Source: Calcarisporiella thermophila CBS 279.70
Lineage: Eukaryota > Fungi > Calcarisporiellomycota
Length of the DNA stretch: 64,000 bases
Direction of reading: 5' to 3'
NCBI RefSeq assembly: GCF_041956535.1
Contig: NW_027192212.1
Location: 140,970 to 204,969, forward strand
Below, one piece after another: positions 23,213 to 35,628 of the stretch. Within the stretch, counting starts at the first letter, position 1. Each line of letters starts with the position of its first letter. The translations under genes and the position numbers were made by a program. The notes under the pieces were generated by a model. The model saw only the letters and a program-made list of their open reading frames with translations, ran no database searches and was not told the origin of the DNA.

Positions 23213-26200
23213 TTACTTGACAAGCAGCTCGGCAACCGGCTTGATCACTAGCTCAGGGTATCCTAAAGAGCTCATCCTGTCGACGCACCACTTGGCTCTC
23301 TCGGTTTCTCCATGCAGCAGGTATACTCTGACCATAGCTTCATAGGTGCTCGGCTCCCTTAACACGGCACCGCCCATCGCTCCACCCGGCGACTTATCAT
23401 CCGTCATCGACCCAAAAATCATTTCCGCACGTGCCAAATCGGACTGCCCATGAGCACGTATTAAGAGATTTTTTATATAGGGCGTGGACTGCACTCCGTC
23501 GCGGAGCATGCCGTTCATTAGACTCTCAATCTTGGAGATATTTCCTTGCTCTACATACGCCTCAAGAAGAGCTTGATATGGGGTGTCGTCGGGAACTACT
23601 CGCTTGCGCATCTCCTCGAACAACCTCTCTGCCCCCACGACATCTCCTCTTGATGCATGGGCATGGATGAGAGTTGCGTAATGGGTGGCGGCCGGTTTAA
23701 CCCCAGAAAGGCGCATATCTTCAAGCAGCTGTCGCGCTGCATCGAGGTCCTGTGGCTCCACCACAGCAAATGCTTCTATCAAGAGCTTATAGGTGTGCTG
23801 CGAGGGCCGAATGCCGGCTGCTTTCATCTCGGAGAAATAGTGAAGGCAGCGCGCACGATCCGGCTGCTGTCGGGTGTAGAATTGCATCATATTGTTGTAC
23901 GGTCCGATTCTTGGCTGGTATTCTGAGGATTCTTCCATCTCCCGAAACAGGGACACCGCGCGCTCTTCATTCCCAGCCCGCAAGCAAGCTGAGATCACCG
24001 CACCATATGTCACCGCGTTGGGATGGAGGCGATGGCGCTTCAAATCTTCAAGCACTTGCACAGCAAGCTCGCACTTGCGTCCCTTTGCAAGTTTGGAGAT
24101 GATGACATTGTAAAGGTAGGTTGTGGGCCGGATGTTCCGTCGTCGTACCTCTTCATATATTTTCCATGCTTCCGCACTTTCATCAGGGACACTGTCGGAG
24201 AGGCTTAGAAGATAGCTAGCGTAGGCGTTTGCATTGGGATGGTAACCTAGCGCGATCACCTCATCGTAACACTGGCGAGCACTTGCAGTATCGCCATTGT
24301 CCGCAAAAGCAATAAGCATGCTGTTCAGCACGAGGGATCGAGCCCGATGTCGCAGAGCGGGAAGCTCAATACTTCCGAAGGCTTTGTCGAGCATTTCGAA
24401 AAGAGCCCTGCATTCTTCGAGTTTGCCCTTCTTGCCCACCATGGCAATCACCTGGGCAGCCGTGTCTGCATGGGGTAGTAGACCCTCCTCAATCATCGAA
24501 CGACAACCTTTGAGCGCGGCCGCAAAATCCTCTCTTGCTACTGCGGAGAGCATTTCATGGGTTTTCGCCTCGGATCTCTCGTTGCTCACAAGCCTTCCAT
24601 TCGAGCCGCCACTGCCCTCTTCACCGGGATTTGGGGTCTGAGACCGGATCATATGGTCGAACATTCTGCGCCACTGACCCGCTCCATCATGATCCCCAAT
24701 CTGCAGAAGCCGCTGAGCAATACGGTTGTAAACGCTCATACTTGGATTCATACGCAATTGTTTCATATCGCGCACGAGTGTAAACGCTATCTCACGGAAT
24801 TTGGCTGGGTCATGCTCGAGCATAAGTAACGAGTCGAACAGCATGAAATAGTCTCGCCCTCCTAGGTTCAAAGACTGGGGGCCTCCACTCGCCTCTCTTT
24901 GCAAAGTATAATTGTCCAAGAGTTTTCTAGCAGCCTCCGCCGAAGATCGCAAGCCGTAGGGATAAATCGCATGTAGAACGGCGAGCTGGTGCGAGAGATC
25001 ATCAGAGCGCAGCAGAAACAGACGCATCGCAGTGTCCATGATGGATTGCTTGTTGGAGGTGGTGAATGCCTTCAGGCTTGCGGCACGCGCACACACATCA
25101 AGCGCATCTCTTGCAAGTGCTATTTCATCTCGACGGACAAACTCGTTAACCACGCTTTCCATTAATGCGGAATCGGGGGCCAACTCAAAGCGCTCCATAT
25201 CACGAAAGAGGTCAAGCACTCGTGCAGGTTCGTGTTGTAGGCAGAGATAGGCATAGCTGGCGATGTCGGTGTATCTGCCCGAGAGATCCATCTCTGTGCT
25301 TGAGCTTATTATATCATAGACCCGAGACGCCTGCGACCATTCTCCATGTTGGCAAAGACCTGCCAACATCGAACCGTAGGTAGCCCCGTCAGGACGCGGA
25401 AGCCCCTTTTCTTGCTGCATACGCTCTAGCCAATTAAACGCAGTCGTCAAGTTTCCTTGACGACAGAGATGACCAATAAGCGCATTGTAAGGCTGAGTTC
25501 CAATGGCGACATGATCGCTGGCCACCACTTGTTCGACTAACTGTGATGCCTTGTCCACATTCCCGCATTGCAGATAGGCTTCCGTCATTCCTGCGTACAC
25601 AGGCGTCGCATCCTGATTCTCCAAGGATCGTTTCAGCTTTTGGTAGTCGTTGAAAATGTTTTCCGCAGCCAGCAAATCTCCAGCCTTTGCGTGAGCTTGG
25701 ATCAGAGAGGCAAAAGAAAGAGCATTCGGCTTCGCAGAGGGCGAATTCTCGAGCTGTTCGAAGACGTAGACCGCCTGTGAAGCTTCACCTCGGTTTGCTA
25801 GTGCCCGTATCAACATGTTAAAAACGTCGATTTCAAGGTTATGTACACGGTTTGTGTGAACTGCGGAGCGGAATATCTGCAATGCAATCTCTGCGTTGTT
25901 TTCTTTTTGGAGAGCATCCGCGCGAATATCCGACGCTGTTTCAGTCTCCTTTACTCGTTTTCTCCGATTAATTAAGTCAAGCGAGCGCTGTACTTCCGCA
26001 TCCCGTTTGCATAGAGCCCTAATCAAGGTCGAGTAGGTGAAAGTGCTCGGTCGCCATCCCGCACTTAACATCTCCTCATACACTTGAAGTAATTGTGTAA
26101 TCGGACTTCCTTCCGATCTTAAATTAGCGTATGCATCTATCACCAGGTTGTAGGTATGTGGTGTAAGCGGGATGCCCTTCTGCTTCATGTGTTCGAATTC

Positions 26201-26744
26201 AGCCAACACGCCGGCAAGATCACTCTGGCGCTTGAGCGCCAGAATACGCGAGTTGAAGGCTTGAGTTTGGGAATCAGTGTATTGTGCCCTTTCTTCCTGC
26301 CTAAAGCTAAGCTCTTCAATCTAAGGATATTATGTGGAAAATGTTAGCAGGGTCGAGCATGGAGAGAGAAGATAGAAGAAGAAACTGTACCGAAACACTC
26401 TGTCCCACTAATGGCTCGATGGCCGTAGACGATTGAAAACGCACTCCTCCCACTCTTCGCAATGCATCATTGCTTACATGGTATTGACTTATTGTGTGGC
26501 GTTGCAGGTGGGCGTTCCCCAATTCTTTCTGGTCCTTGTCGAGCTGCTGTCCGGATTGAGTCTGCGGTAGTCTCGATTGCCCCCATGACGTCTGTCTTGC
26601 GGTATTGGTGTAGAAGTTGTTTGAGGGGCGGGCGTTGAGGATGTTGGTATTAGACTTGGCACCAGTACCAAGGGGAATGAAGCGCTGGGTGACATTCTGG
26701 CGAGCAGCCCCAACTAGAAATTGCGTATTTTTGATATGAATCAT
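23213..26744 (-). CDS. Mitochondrial pentatricopeptide-repeat protein, Ppr5-like (2 exons)
   Basis: Many 35-aa PPR units (e.g. TYNLVIDAYA, TYSTLIRALCK, YNVIISKLAK, TYGAVISAC, TYKLLIEAFA). The basic, hydroxylated N-terminal exon (26316-26744) resembles a presequence with an RFQSS cleavage-like site. Confidence 0.9.
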
Positions 26745-27640
26745 TTAGTTATTTAACATAAAGATATTACACAGCGACAAGAATTATGTGAATATATAAA
26801 TATGTGCGATGAGTAGAGTAAGATGAATAATGATGAGCGAGGAGCAATGACAATGAAAGAGGTTTGAGAGAAAAAAAAAAAAGAATGGAAAAGGCGACTC
26901 GGAAGGTGCTTTTTTATGACCCACTCGGGAACTTGGCACGAAAAAGTAAATATGACTCTCTTTTTGAAATCATTCGATTTATTCCGGCATTGTGACTTGC
27001 TTTGCCACCCATCAGATATCGAAATACCTTACGATTTTTTGTCATTCGATTTTCATCTCAGGCGGTTGATCTAAGCTTTCTTTTTCGTGCGCCTAATAAG
27101 TCTTATCGTTAATGAAATTCTATCATTCTAGAATTCCCACCCTTGCAAAACTTCTCCCGCAATCACGCTGATCCTTCTATAAATAAGCTCTAGCCAAATC
27201 AACCCAGCCCTGGTGGAGGCTGTGTTCTGCAATCCTCTGGAGAAATAACCTTGCAAGCTTCGCTACCACGACAAGGGTGAGGGGAGAGGATGGTGACTGT
27301 TTGCAAAGTTTTCCTGCTCAGGTTCGGCCCTTATAGCTGGGCCGTCCCTTTGGGGGGGGTCTCGGTTCCACACTAATGTGGGGGATCCAATTTTTGGCTT
27401 GAATTTGGACTAAATAAAAACAACCCCTCGGTAGTCGCGTTTCAGAAAGAAAAAACGGGATGTAAATACATTCTCTAACGCTACTATGTACCCCATTACC
27501 ATATCCACATTAGATTAGTATTCTTGCATCAAGGGTATGACTTAGTCTCCCTATTCATACTAAATTTTGATTCTCACTCTACTCTGATGTTAGTATAAAT
27601 AATAATGACGCGATCAAAGGCGCACCGTCATCACCATTCA

Positions 27641-30463
27641 ATGAGTGCGTTACCCTCCTCATCGCGGAGTATATCATATGAAGCATTAAGTAAAACCCAT
27701 CCACTGCCTGATGGTATTTCTGCGGATGGACCAAAGGAAAACGGGTAACTACTATACTATAACATCGCATTAAAGATGTTAATCTTTATTTATTTTTTTC
27801 ATTATGTAGTATAGCATTTCGAAAATTTTCAGCTGCATTGGGCCTCTCTGAACAGACTGTAAGTCACTGGCTATGATCCAGACCTCTCCTCTTTATTTTA
27901 CGTGTCCAGCTAATTGATTTGCTATGGGCAATAGAATCATCACAATTCTACTTCACTGAAAAATATTAAGCGTTATTCTGAAAATGACATTGCTTGCTAT
28001 CGAGCATCTTCATTCCATGATCAGAAAACTTTTCATAATAATATAGCTGCGACGCCAACCCCGAAACAGTGCGATCATTATACATTTCGTTCTTCTCGCT
28101 CCTTTCCTTCCACCCCCACTCATCCTCAACCAGATGAACTTCCGCCTCTCTATGACACCAACCCCATAACAAATATCCATAATTTGCCCCTACCTACTCA
28201 GCACCTTTTTCGCCGAACTAGACGCTTCACTTTACGACGTAACCCCTTCCGTAATTCTCTATATGGTCATTCCCGCGCCTATTCTCCTACGTCAAAACTC
28301 TCACACTCGCATGCCAGACCTGTACATCGATTTCCCAAAATCCGCTCTTCTTTTGCACGAGTTAAGCTAGCAGTTCGTAACATCATGCGTCCTGCGGGCC
28401 ACTTGTTTCGATCCACCGCTCCCCCAACAATTGACCTAAGTTCTACGACGCCTGTCAGAAGAGGTTCAGGCTTATCGCCTAGAAAGTGGGTCGGCGTAGA
28501 GAAGGGAGAAAAGCTTTTTGTCACAGGCGAATATAAATTTTGGGTTGAAGGGCTGGGCACCCTGGTTATCGGTATCGGTGAGGAGGGGGAGGACAAGTGC
28601 GAAAAGGATGAAGAAAAGCCTGCTCCTGCGTTACCATCCAAAGATATGATAGACTACGAGGAATACCCCTTGGATATTGATCTGGGATTCGAGTGGTTCC
28701 GCAAATATTTTCTTGGTAAGGAGCATCGTACTTACTGCGGAAGAATCGACAATTCTTCCCCTGTCGTGATCTCGGTCACGAGAGAGGAACCCGTAGACTC
28801 ACCAGTGGACGGAAGCGATTCGCCGCCCGTACATTGTGCGCAATTTCGTGTCATACTAAGGCGGAAAGAGGTGCCTTTTTCCATCTTTACCATCGTGGCA
28901 TAAGTAAATAGAGGCTGATATTCTTTTCATATTAGCTACCTGATATCCGCATTCTCGTTCCGGAGTGGAATGTTTCCACGTCACCAGCTCGCTCCCTCTT
29001 CGGCCGTAAACATAAAGATGCCATCAATTCTACCTCCACCCTATCCTCCTCAAACCATCGACTCTCAGCCGGTTTCTCAAATAACTCCACCCTTTGGGAG
29101 GCAGTAATACAGATGGCACTTCCTTCTGTTGCCCCATCCCGCTTACATAAACTTCTAAATGATCCGTTTGAACGTGAATTGGTGAAACTGGATGAGCTGC
29201 GTCACAACCTGCAATATAAATTCGGCGTCATCTTCATTGGAACCGGGCAGAAAGAGGAGAAGGAATGGTTGAGCAATTGCACCGGAAGCGAGGGGTTCTA
29301 TCGGCTGCTTGATATTCTCGGGCGGAAAGTGCCACTTCGAGGATTCACCGGCTTCTCAGGCGGGTTGGACACGAAGACGAGCGAATCGGGCGAGTTCACG
29401 TACTACGAAGATAGCTGGCGTCATTTTGAGATTGTATACCACGTATCCACCCTTATTCCTTACACTCATGGGGACGCGAATCAGATCCTTCGCAAGCGAC
29501 ATATTGGAAACGACATCGTCACCATTGTATTCTTGGACGGAAAGGACACGAGATTCGATCCCGCAATGGTGCGGAGCCAGTTTTTGCATATATTCATACT
29601 GGTGCGTGAGGAGGGGCGCTGGGGGGGAGAAGAGATGGCATACCGGGTCGAAATAGTCGCCAGAAAAGATGTTCCCTCCTTCGGACCCCCTCTTCCCGAC
29701 CCTCCAGTGTTCTACGATAAAAAGGAACTGAAGAGCTTTTTGCTTGCGAAGATGATCAACGGAGAGATTGCCGCTTATCACTCACCCAAGTTTGCGGTTC
29801 CACATGCCCGTGCAAGGCTAGCCATCCTGGAAGACATTGTCGCGCGATCACAACATTTTGTACCGGAGAGGGACTTCTTCCTACGAAGACATTTTCAGCC
29901 TCGCCGATCCACCAGTCAGATATTCAATCCCCTCGCGAATCAAGTAGCAAATGAGAAGGAGAAGCAGCCGTCACAACCATTGCGGCCTCAAAAAAAGCAA
30001 CCACTGGTGACTCCGCCGCGCATACGACAACGCCCACTTTCAGACGTCGCTTCAGAGGTGGGAATACGGACGCACCGATCACCCTCCATGAAATTACCCT
30101 CTCCTGGGAGTGAAACGGAAAGCGTCCGAAACTTGTCCTTTCAGTTGTTTAAGCGAGCCTTAAAGCGGGAGAATTCGGAAAAGTGGATCGGTAAGAAAGC
30201 GCTTTTTTTTCACTTTTGCGTACGATCAAATCCCTTTAACGATGGAGGTTGGATTTTGTTTAGCATTTAGGAAATCCAAGTCTGAGCGAGATTTGCTCGA
30301 CGAAGTTTCCCACTCTAAGCGAGGTATGCGTCCGGTGTCTTCTCCTATTTCCACATTTCAGAATGGGATGGAGGGTAGGTGGATTCGATCCGTCGGTGTA
30401 GAGTCTCTTTCCTAACAGTGCCCTTTTTCTGTAGACCCTTTCGTCATTGCCGATAGTACTTGA
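27641..30463 (+). CDS. Rap/Ran GTPase-activating protein (RapGAP domain), multi-exon; start approximate
   Basis: Motifs WFRKYFLGKEH, YKFGVIF, FSGGLD, EIVYHVSTLIPY, QILRKRHIGNDIVTIVF (Asn thumb), SQFLHIFILV, FLLAKMINGE. Confidence 0.88.
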
Positions 30464-30851
30464 ACTTAGTGTTTATATTACCCTATTTTACCTTATAATT
30501 ATTACATACGTTTATAATCATCATAATTCGATACGGTTTGACTAACCAGAGGGGGCAATTTTTTTTTTCTCGTGGGATAGGTTGAGCATGCTTGAAGTTT
30601 TCCTGTGTTAATAGCCTTTATCTTTTATCTCAAGCTCGTAGCCAGATAAATCAAATAAAAAGTTCATGTATTTAGAGTGAGTTACAACATTAGCTAGAAT
30701 AAACTCAACGCCAAACGATTATTTTCAGAGGATCATAGAGCACCTATTATTATGTAGCAGGAGAGAGGAAGGGGGTAAAAATACACAATTGAAGTATCCA
30801 ATAAATAACAAATTGAATCCCCCGAGCACGGGGAAATGGTATCGACACCAC

Positions 30852-32269
30852 TCAAGCGATGGTGCAACCGCGATACCACCACTGCCGCTGAAGTTGGTGG
30901 ATCCAGCCGATAATAAGCTTCATCCTCTGTGAAAAAGTTCGAGTCGTCAACTACCGCCATCAATCATTATTCGGTGTGAAGCGACACTCACCTGCCGGAC
31001 AGAAGTGATGGGTAATAGCTGGTACTTGATGTATTCATCAAGAAATAATGCGCTGCCGCACCAAAAGGAGAAATCGGCGGGATTGTCGGGGACCTCTCCG
31101 TACTCGTCAATCATTCGCCTGTAGAGAATGGAGGTATACGCTCCCTCAGATAGATCGCGCAAGAACTCGCGAGCGATAGCCACAAGCTCATCGAGAGTAT
31201 GCTCCCTTCCGGCGTCTTGCTCATCCCCGTTTAGCGTCGCGGTGGTGGTGAGCTCGTTGCTATCACGTGCGGGGTGGGTTGCAAGTGCTAAGCGCTCTAA
31301 TTCCATCTCCTCCTCCATCGATATGTCCTCCACTCGTTGTATGCGCCCAACCGCATACCCATCACACTCTCCACGCTCCACAACGCGAAACCGGTAGCTT
31401 CCCACCGTGTCCACTAGCGCCCTTCCGTCCGGCAGATACTGGATGGAGCCTATCTCAAGCATTGTCCCATAGGTAACGTGTTCTTCTCCGTCGGTAGCGC
31501 CGGGTAAGACCATTCCAAACTGGTTTCTCCCGGTCTCCACGCACCGTCTTATCATCAGCCTGTACCGTGGCTCAAACACGTGCAAACTGCAGTGCTGCTT
31601 TGGGAAAACGAGCGTACAAATAAAGAGGGGGACCATGGGGTTGTCTTCAGCGGGGAGCGGAGATGGCGAGGGAACACGGTTGGGTAGGAGCATGGTGAGC
31701 AGCGTAGTGAGCAATTTGGACGGAGAGTGGTGATGGAAAAAAGAATAGCCCGGCAGGGAGTAGCGGCATGTGGGGCATAGCGAACTGTGGTCAAGTGAAC
31801 GGAAGAGGCAGAGGCGACAGAGGGTGTGGCCGCAGGGAGTGGTAGTGGGCTCGTGGAGAAGTTGGTAGCAGAGTTGGCAGTCGAGCTCTCGCAGGATGTC
31901 AGACTAATTATACATTGGAGTAGAATCAAATTCGAATTTCTGCGATCCTTAATTCAGGAATGCAAGACCAACCTGCAGCCGCTCCGAGTCACTCTCTCGC
32001 TCCACCATCTCTAACAATTTACTCACGGTGACATCCGTCTTCAGATCAAGGTTGTTATAGTAGTGAACCCCATGCTCGCATTGTGCAGGGCACACAAGGC
32101 GACGCATAGGCGCCTCCACCTCACTCAGGGGTGGAAGACAAGCACGACAAAGCGTGTTCCCGCATGCGACGCTGACCGGTTCGCGCAGTGGAAGAGAGCA
32201 GGCTTTACAGCGGAAAAGCGAGGCGAGATCTTGCCGGGTGATGGATAAAGATGAGGGCGGTGTCTCCAT
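30852..32269 (-). CDS. LON peptidase N-terminal domain and RING finger protein (LONRF-like), 3 exons
   Basis: Two RING-like motifs (CKAC..CGNTLCRAC; CQLC..CGHTLCRLC..CPTCR) and a LON-N domain (LHVFEPRYRLMIRRC, FGMV, YGTMLEI, LPDGR). The last exon ends WWYRGCTIA*. Confidence 0.9.
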
Positions 32270-32480
32270 TATTTAATGAATGCTGCGGAAATAAAGGCAC
32301 ATGGCTCTCAACCTTTAGTTTGCACCCAGCGAAGAGGAAGGATAAGCGAGCGAATTTTGTTATGATTGCATTCGACTTTGTCAATGCGCAAAGGGAGTAT
32401 CACATGGGCAACGCTCCCAATGATATGTTTGGGATAAGTGAAACGTCAGCGGATCGAAAAACAGGAGATAATCCCGCGCG

Positions 32481-32560
32481 ACGCGTTTTTTTTTAACCTT
32501 TTCATCGACGCGTTAAAAAATATATCGAATAATCTAGTGCCCCCTCCCATAGATACGCGT
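32481..32560. promoter_or_regulatory. Cluster of three ACGCGT (MCB-like) elements in the LONRF/MYSM1 divergent promoter
   Basis: ACGCGT at 32481, 32508 and 32555, plus an adjacent CGCG at about 32475. Confidence 0.5.
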
Positions 32561-32642
32561 TCATCCCTCCTAGATATATCATAAAAATCAAGCCATATCC
32601 ATTATCATTATCCTTATTCATAGCGTGTCGACATAAAGGAAG

Positions 32643-35244
32643 ATGCCGCCTAAACAAAAATCGGCGCGGGGCCGTGGCAAACGCTCTTCCCCTCCCCGGC
32701 CGCTGACCACGGAGCAGGAGGAGGCCATGTCGTCCGCCCTTATTGCTAAACTTCTGGCGGAAGAAGCGGCCGGAGACGGGGGCGAAGATCACCCATACTA
32801 CGCAGAGTACAACAACAACGGCTATGGGGAATATTACGACGGCAAGAGGGAGGTGAGCGACGACGAATACGTAGATGGAGACGAGGATTATGCACCGAAG
32901 CCAAAATCGAAAAAGCAAGGTAAATAGCAGATACTAAAATTGGACTGGGCGGGGTAGGCTAAGATAAAGAGATGGACTTATCTGGAAGATACTTTTTTTT
33001 CTTGCGAGTATTAAGGAGGAGGAGGATAAATTTTCGTATTGCTATTGAATGATATAGCCCTATCCCCGGATATCTCTCCTCCAGCATGTATTAACGCTCT
33101 CTCTTTTCATGGCAGCAAAAGTGAAGAAGCGCAGCGTCAAAGAAGCCTCCAACGACGATTCCCCGGTGAAAACCAACGGCGACGCAGCAACGAATGCCTC
33201 GACAACGACAACGACAACGACAACAGACAGCGGACCACCCTCGGCAAAAAAGCGGCGGAAGGAAAAGGAGCTAAGAGAGGGCATGAATGTTGGGACCTAC
33301 TCGGAGGAGGAGGAGAAACTTTTCTTGGAAGCATTAGAATTATATGGGCGGGATTGGCAGGCGGTAAGCGATACTTCTCACGTCCCATGCGTTGCCTCTC
33401 TCTCTTATTTCCTCAGCTGATTTACTATTCTTTTGCCCTCACTTCCTCTTTGAACAGCTCGCCAGGCACATCAAGACCAGGGACTCCAATTCTATTCGAT
33501 CCCATGCACAAAAGCATTTTATAAAGCTCTACCGTGATGGCCTACCACTCCCGGACAAAGTGAAAGAAAGCGGGGCAGGCTACACATTGTCGGGAAAGGA
33601 GCTCGACCCAAATTCGGCCGCTGCCAAGCCCTATCTTCTCAAGGCAGCAAATGGCAACGGAAGCGATCAAACTCCTGTAAGCCAGGCGGGCACGGAGCCG
33701 AAGAAAGAAGAGCCAGTAACAGAAGAAGTGAAGGAGAGTACAGACATGGTCGTCGAAAACGGTGATGTAGAGAAACCGGAACAGAAATCTCCAGTTAAGA
33801 AGTGCGTATTAAACAAAGTGGAAATCAAAAAAAAAAAATCCAAGTTAGCAATTTACTTAACAGTATTAATTGCTATAGTGGAAAAATCACCAAAGAGAAA
33901 GTAAACAAGCCAGCCAAGGCTAAAGTGACCAAGAAAAAGGAGGAGCTGTCTAGCAAAAGTAGCGAGAGCGAGGAAGGAAATCAGAATCCAAAGACACCAC
34001 AGTCGCAAACGCAGCCGTCGCAGTCGGAAGCTATATATGATGGAGACGGTCGGACAGAGTACAGCAAGTCAAGATTAAGACGTGCCCGCTCCTCGATCAA
34101 TTTTGCGCAGTTAACGGCAGATAGTTATAGGTAAAACCAAAATATGTCGATGCCATGTTTGAGACAGCTTGGGGGTTATAGAGCCACTCTTTTTTTTTCT
34201 CTCTGGATATAGCGATCCTCTTACCATGATAAAGTGTGAACCCTTCAGTGGCCCCCCTGAATCCGGCATTGCTGGCTGCCAGCCCTTCTCGATCGTCGTG
34301 CACACAAATGTTGTCCTCGCAATGGACTTCCATGCGCACCTCATGACCACGGAGATTATCGGATTTCTTGCCGGAGAGTGGGATTCGCAGGAACAGAGTA
34401 TGTGCCCCTGACACTGCATCACTGAAATGATATGAATGCATGTCTGTTTGCAATAGAAATCAAAGTCAAGGCAGCGTTCCCCTGCCGCTCGCTCCAGACC
34501 GGGCAAAACCATGTCAATGTCGAGATGGATCCCGCCTCGGAACTGGAAGTTCGGCAGCGGATCACGGAGCTTAACATGCGAGTGGTGGGATGGTACCACT
34601 CACATCCGACCTTTGTGCCGGATCCTAGTTTGACCGATATTCAAAACCAAACCAACTATCAACGGCTCTTCCGAGATGCCGGGGCCGCAGTCGAGCCCTT
34701 CATTGGCGCCATCGTCGGTAAGTGCACACCTCTTGTTTGCATTCATTTTTCCCTCCCTTTTATGAACTTGCTTTTGACTCGGATCACCTCCTGCCATTCA
34801 GGTCCCTATGACCCACACCTTCCAGGCTCCACCTCCGTCATCAACTGGTTCTACGTCAGCACACGCTCGGATGAGCGCGGGCACCCTAAACGCTTGGTCT
34901 ACGACCAGGTGGAGGACGCTTCGCTCCCGGAGACAGAGGCGGACGAACTATTAAAATTGGCGGAGCAGTATAGAGAATCGCCGGAGCGAGTCAGATTCGG
35001 GGACATGTGGCGGCAGGGCGAGTCGAAGCTGGAAAAGATGCTCAAGAGCCTGGGACGAAGAATGCCTTGGGTGCAGCGGCAGATGGTGGAGGCAAAAGAG
35101 AGAGAGATTGAGAAACCAAAAGAGGAGAAGGAAGAGGCGGAGAAGCCGGAGGGAGGCGCAGAGGAGAAGATCGAGGCCACAGAGGCGGAGGCCACCGTGG
35201 ACCGATTTTTGGAGCGGGTGGAGAGGGCGCTTCGGAACTGGTGA
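32643..35244 (+). CDS. MYSM1-like deubiquitinase: SANT/Myb domain plus MPN+/JAMM domain, multi-exon
   Basis: Myb domain GTYSEEEEKLFLEALELYGRDW...IRSHAQKHFIKL. MPN domain MDFHAHLMTTEIIGFLAG, EMDP and an intact JAMM motif GWYHSHPTFVPDPSLTD. Confidence 0.88.
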
Positions 35245-35628
35245 GATGCCGACTCTCAGCGAATCTTTTTCTTAAAAAATCTATCTATATATATAAATCC
35301 TTACGGGCATTTGGGTGCATCCTTTTGTGATCTCTCCTCTCATTTCATTGCTTCCTCAAGACTCATATCATTATGATAAAAGAAATTCTTTTATGGTATT
35401 TGCGTAGCCATCGCCACAACATGCAAAAGGGAGGAAAACGAGAAAAAAAAAAGAGCTATAAGTATAAGTATTAAGAAAGAGAAGTAGCAAAAAAAAAAAG
35501 GGGGGGGGGGGGCACTGATATACATAGAGTAAAAGGAGAAAGCATTAAGACAAGTAAAAATACTTATTCACAAGTATTTAGAATATATATATATGTATAT
35601 GCATATATATATATTCATCGTCGCCCAA

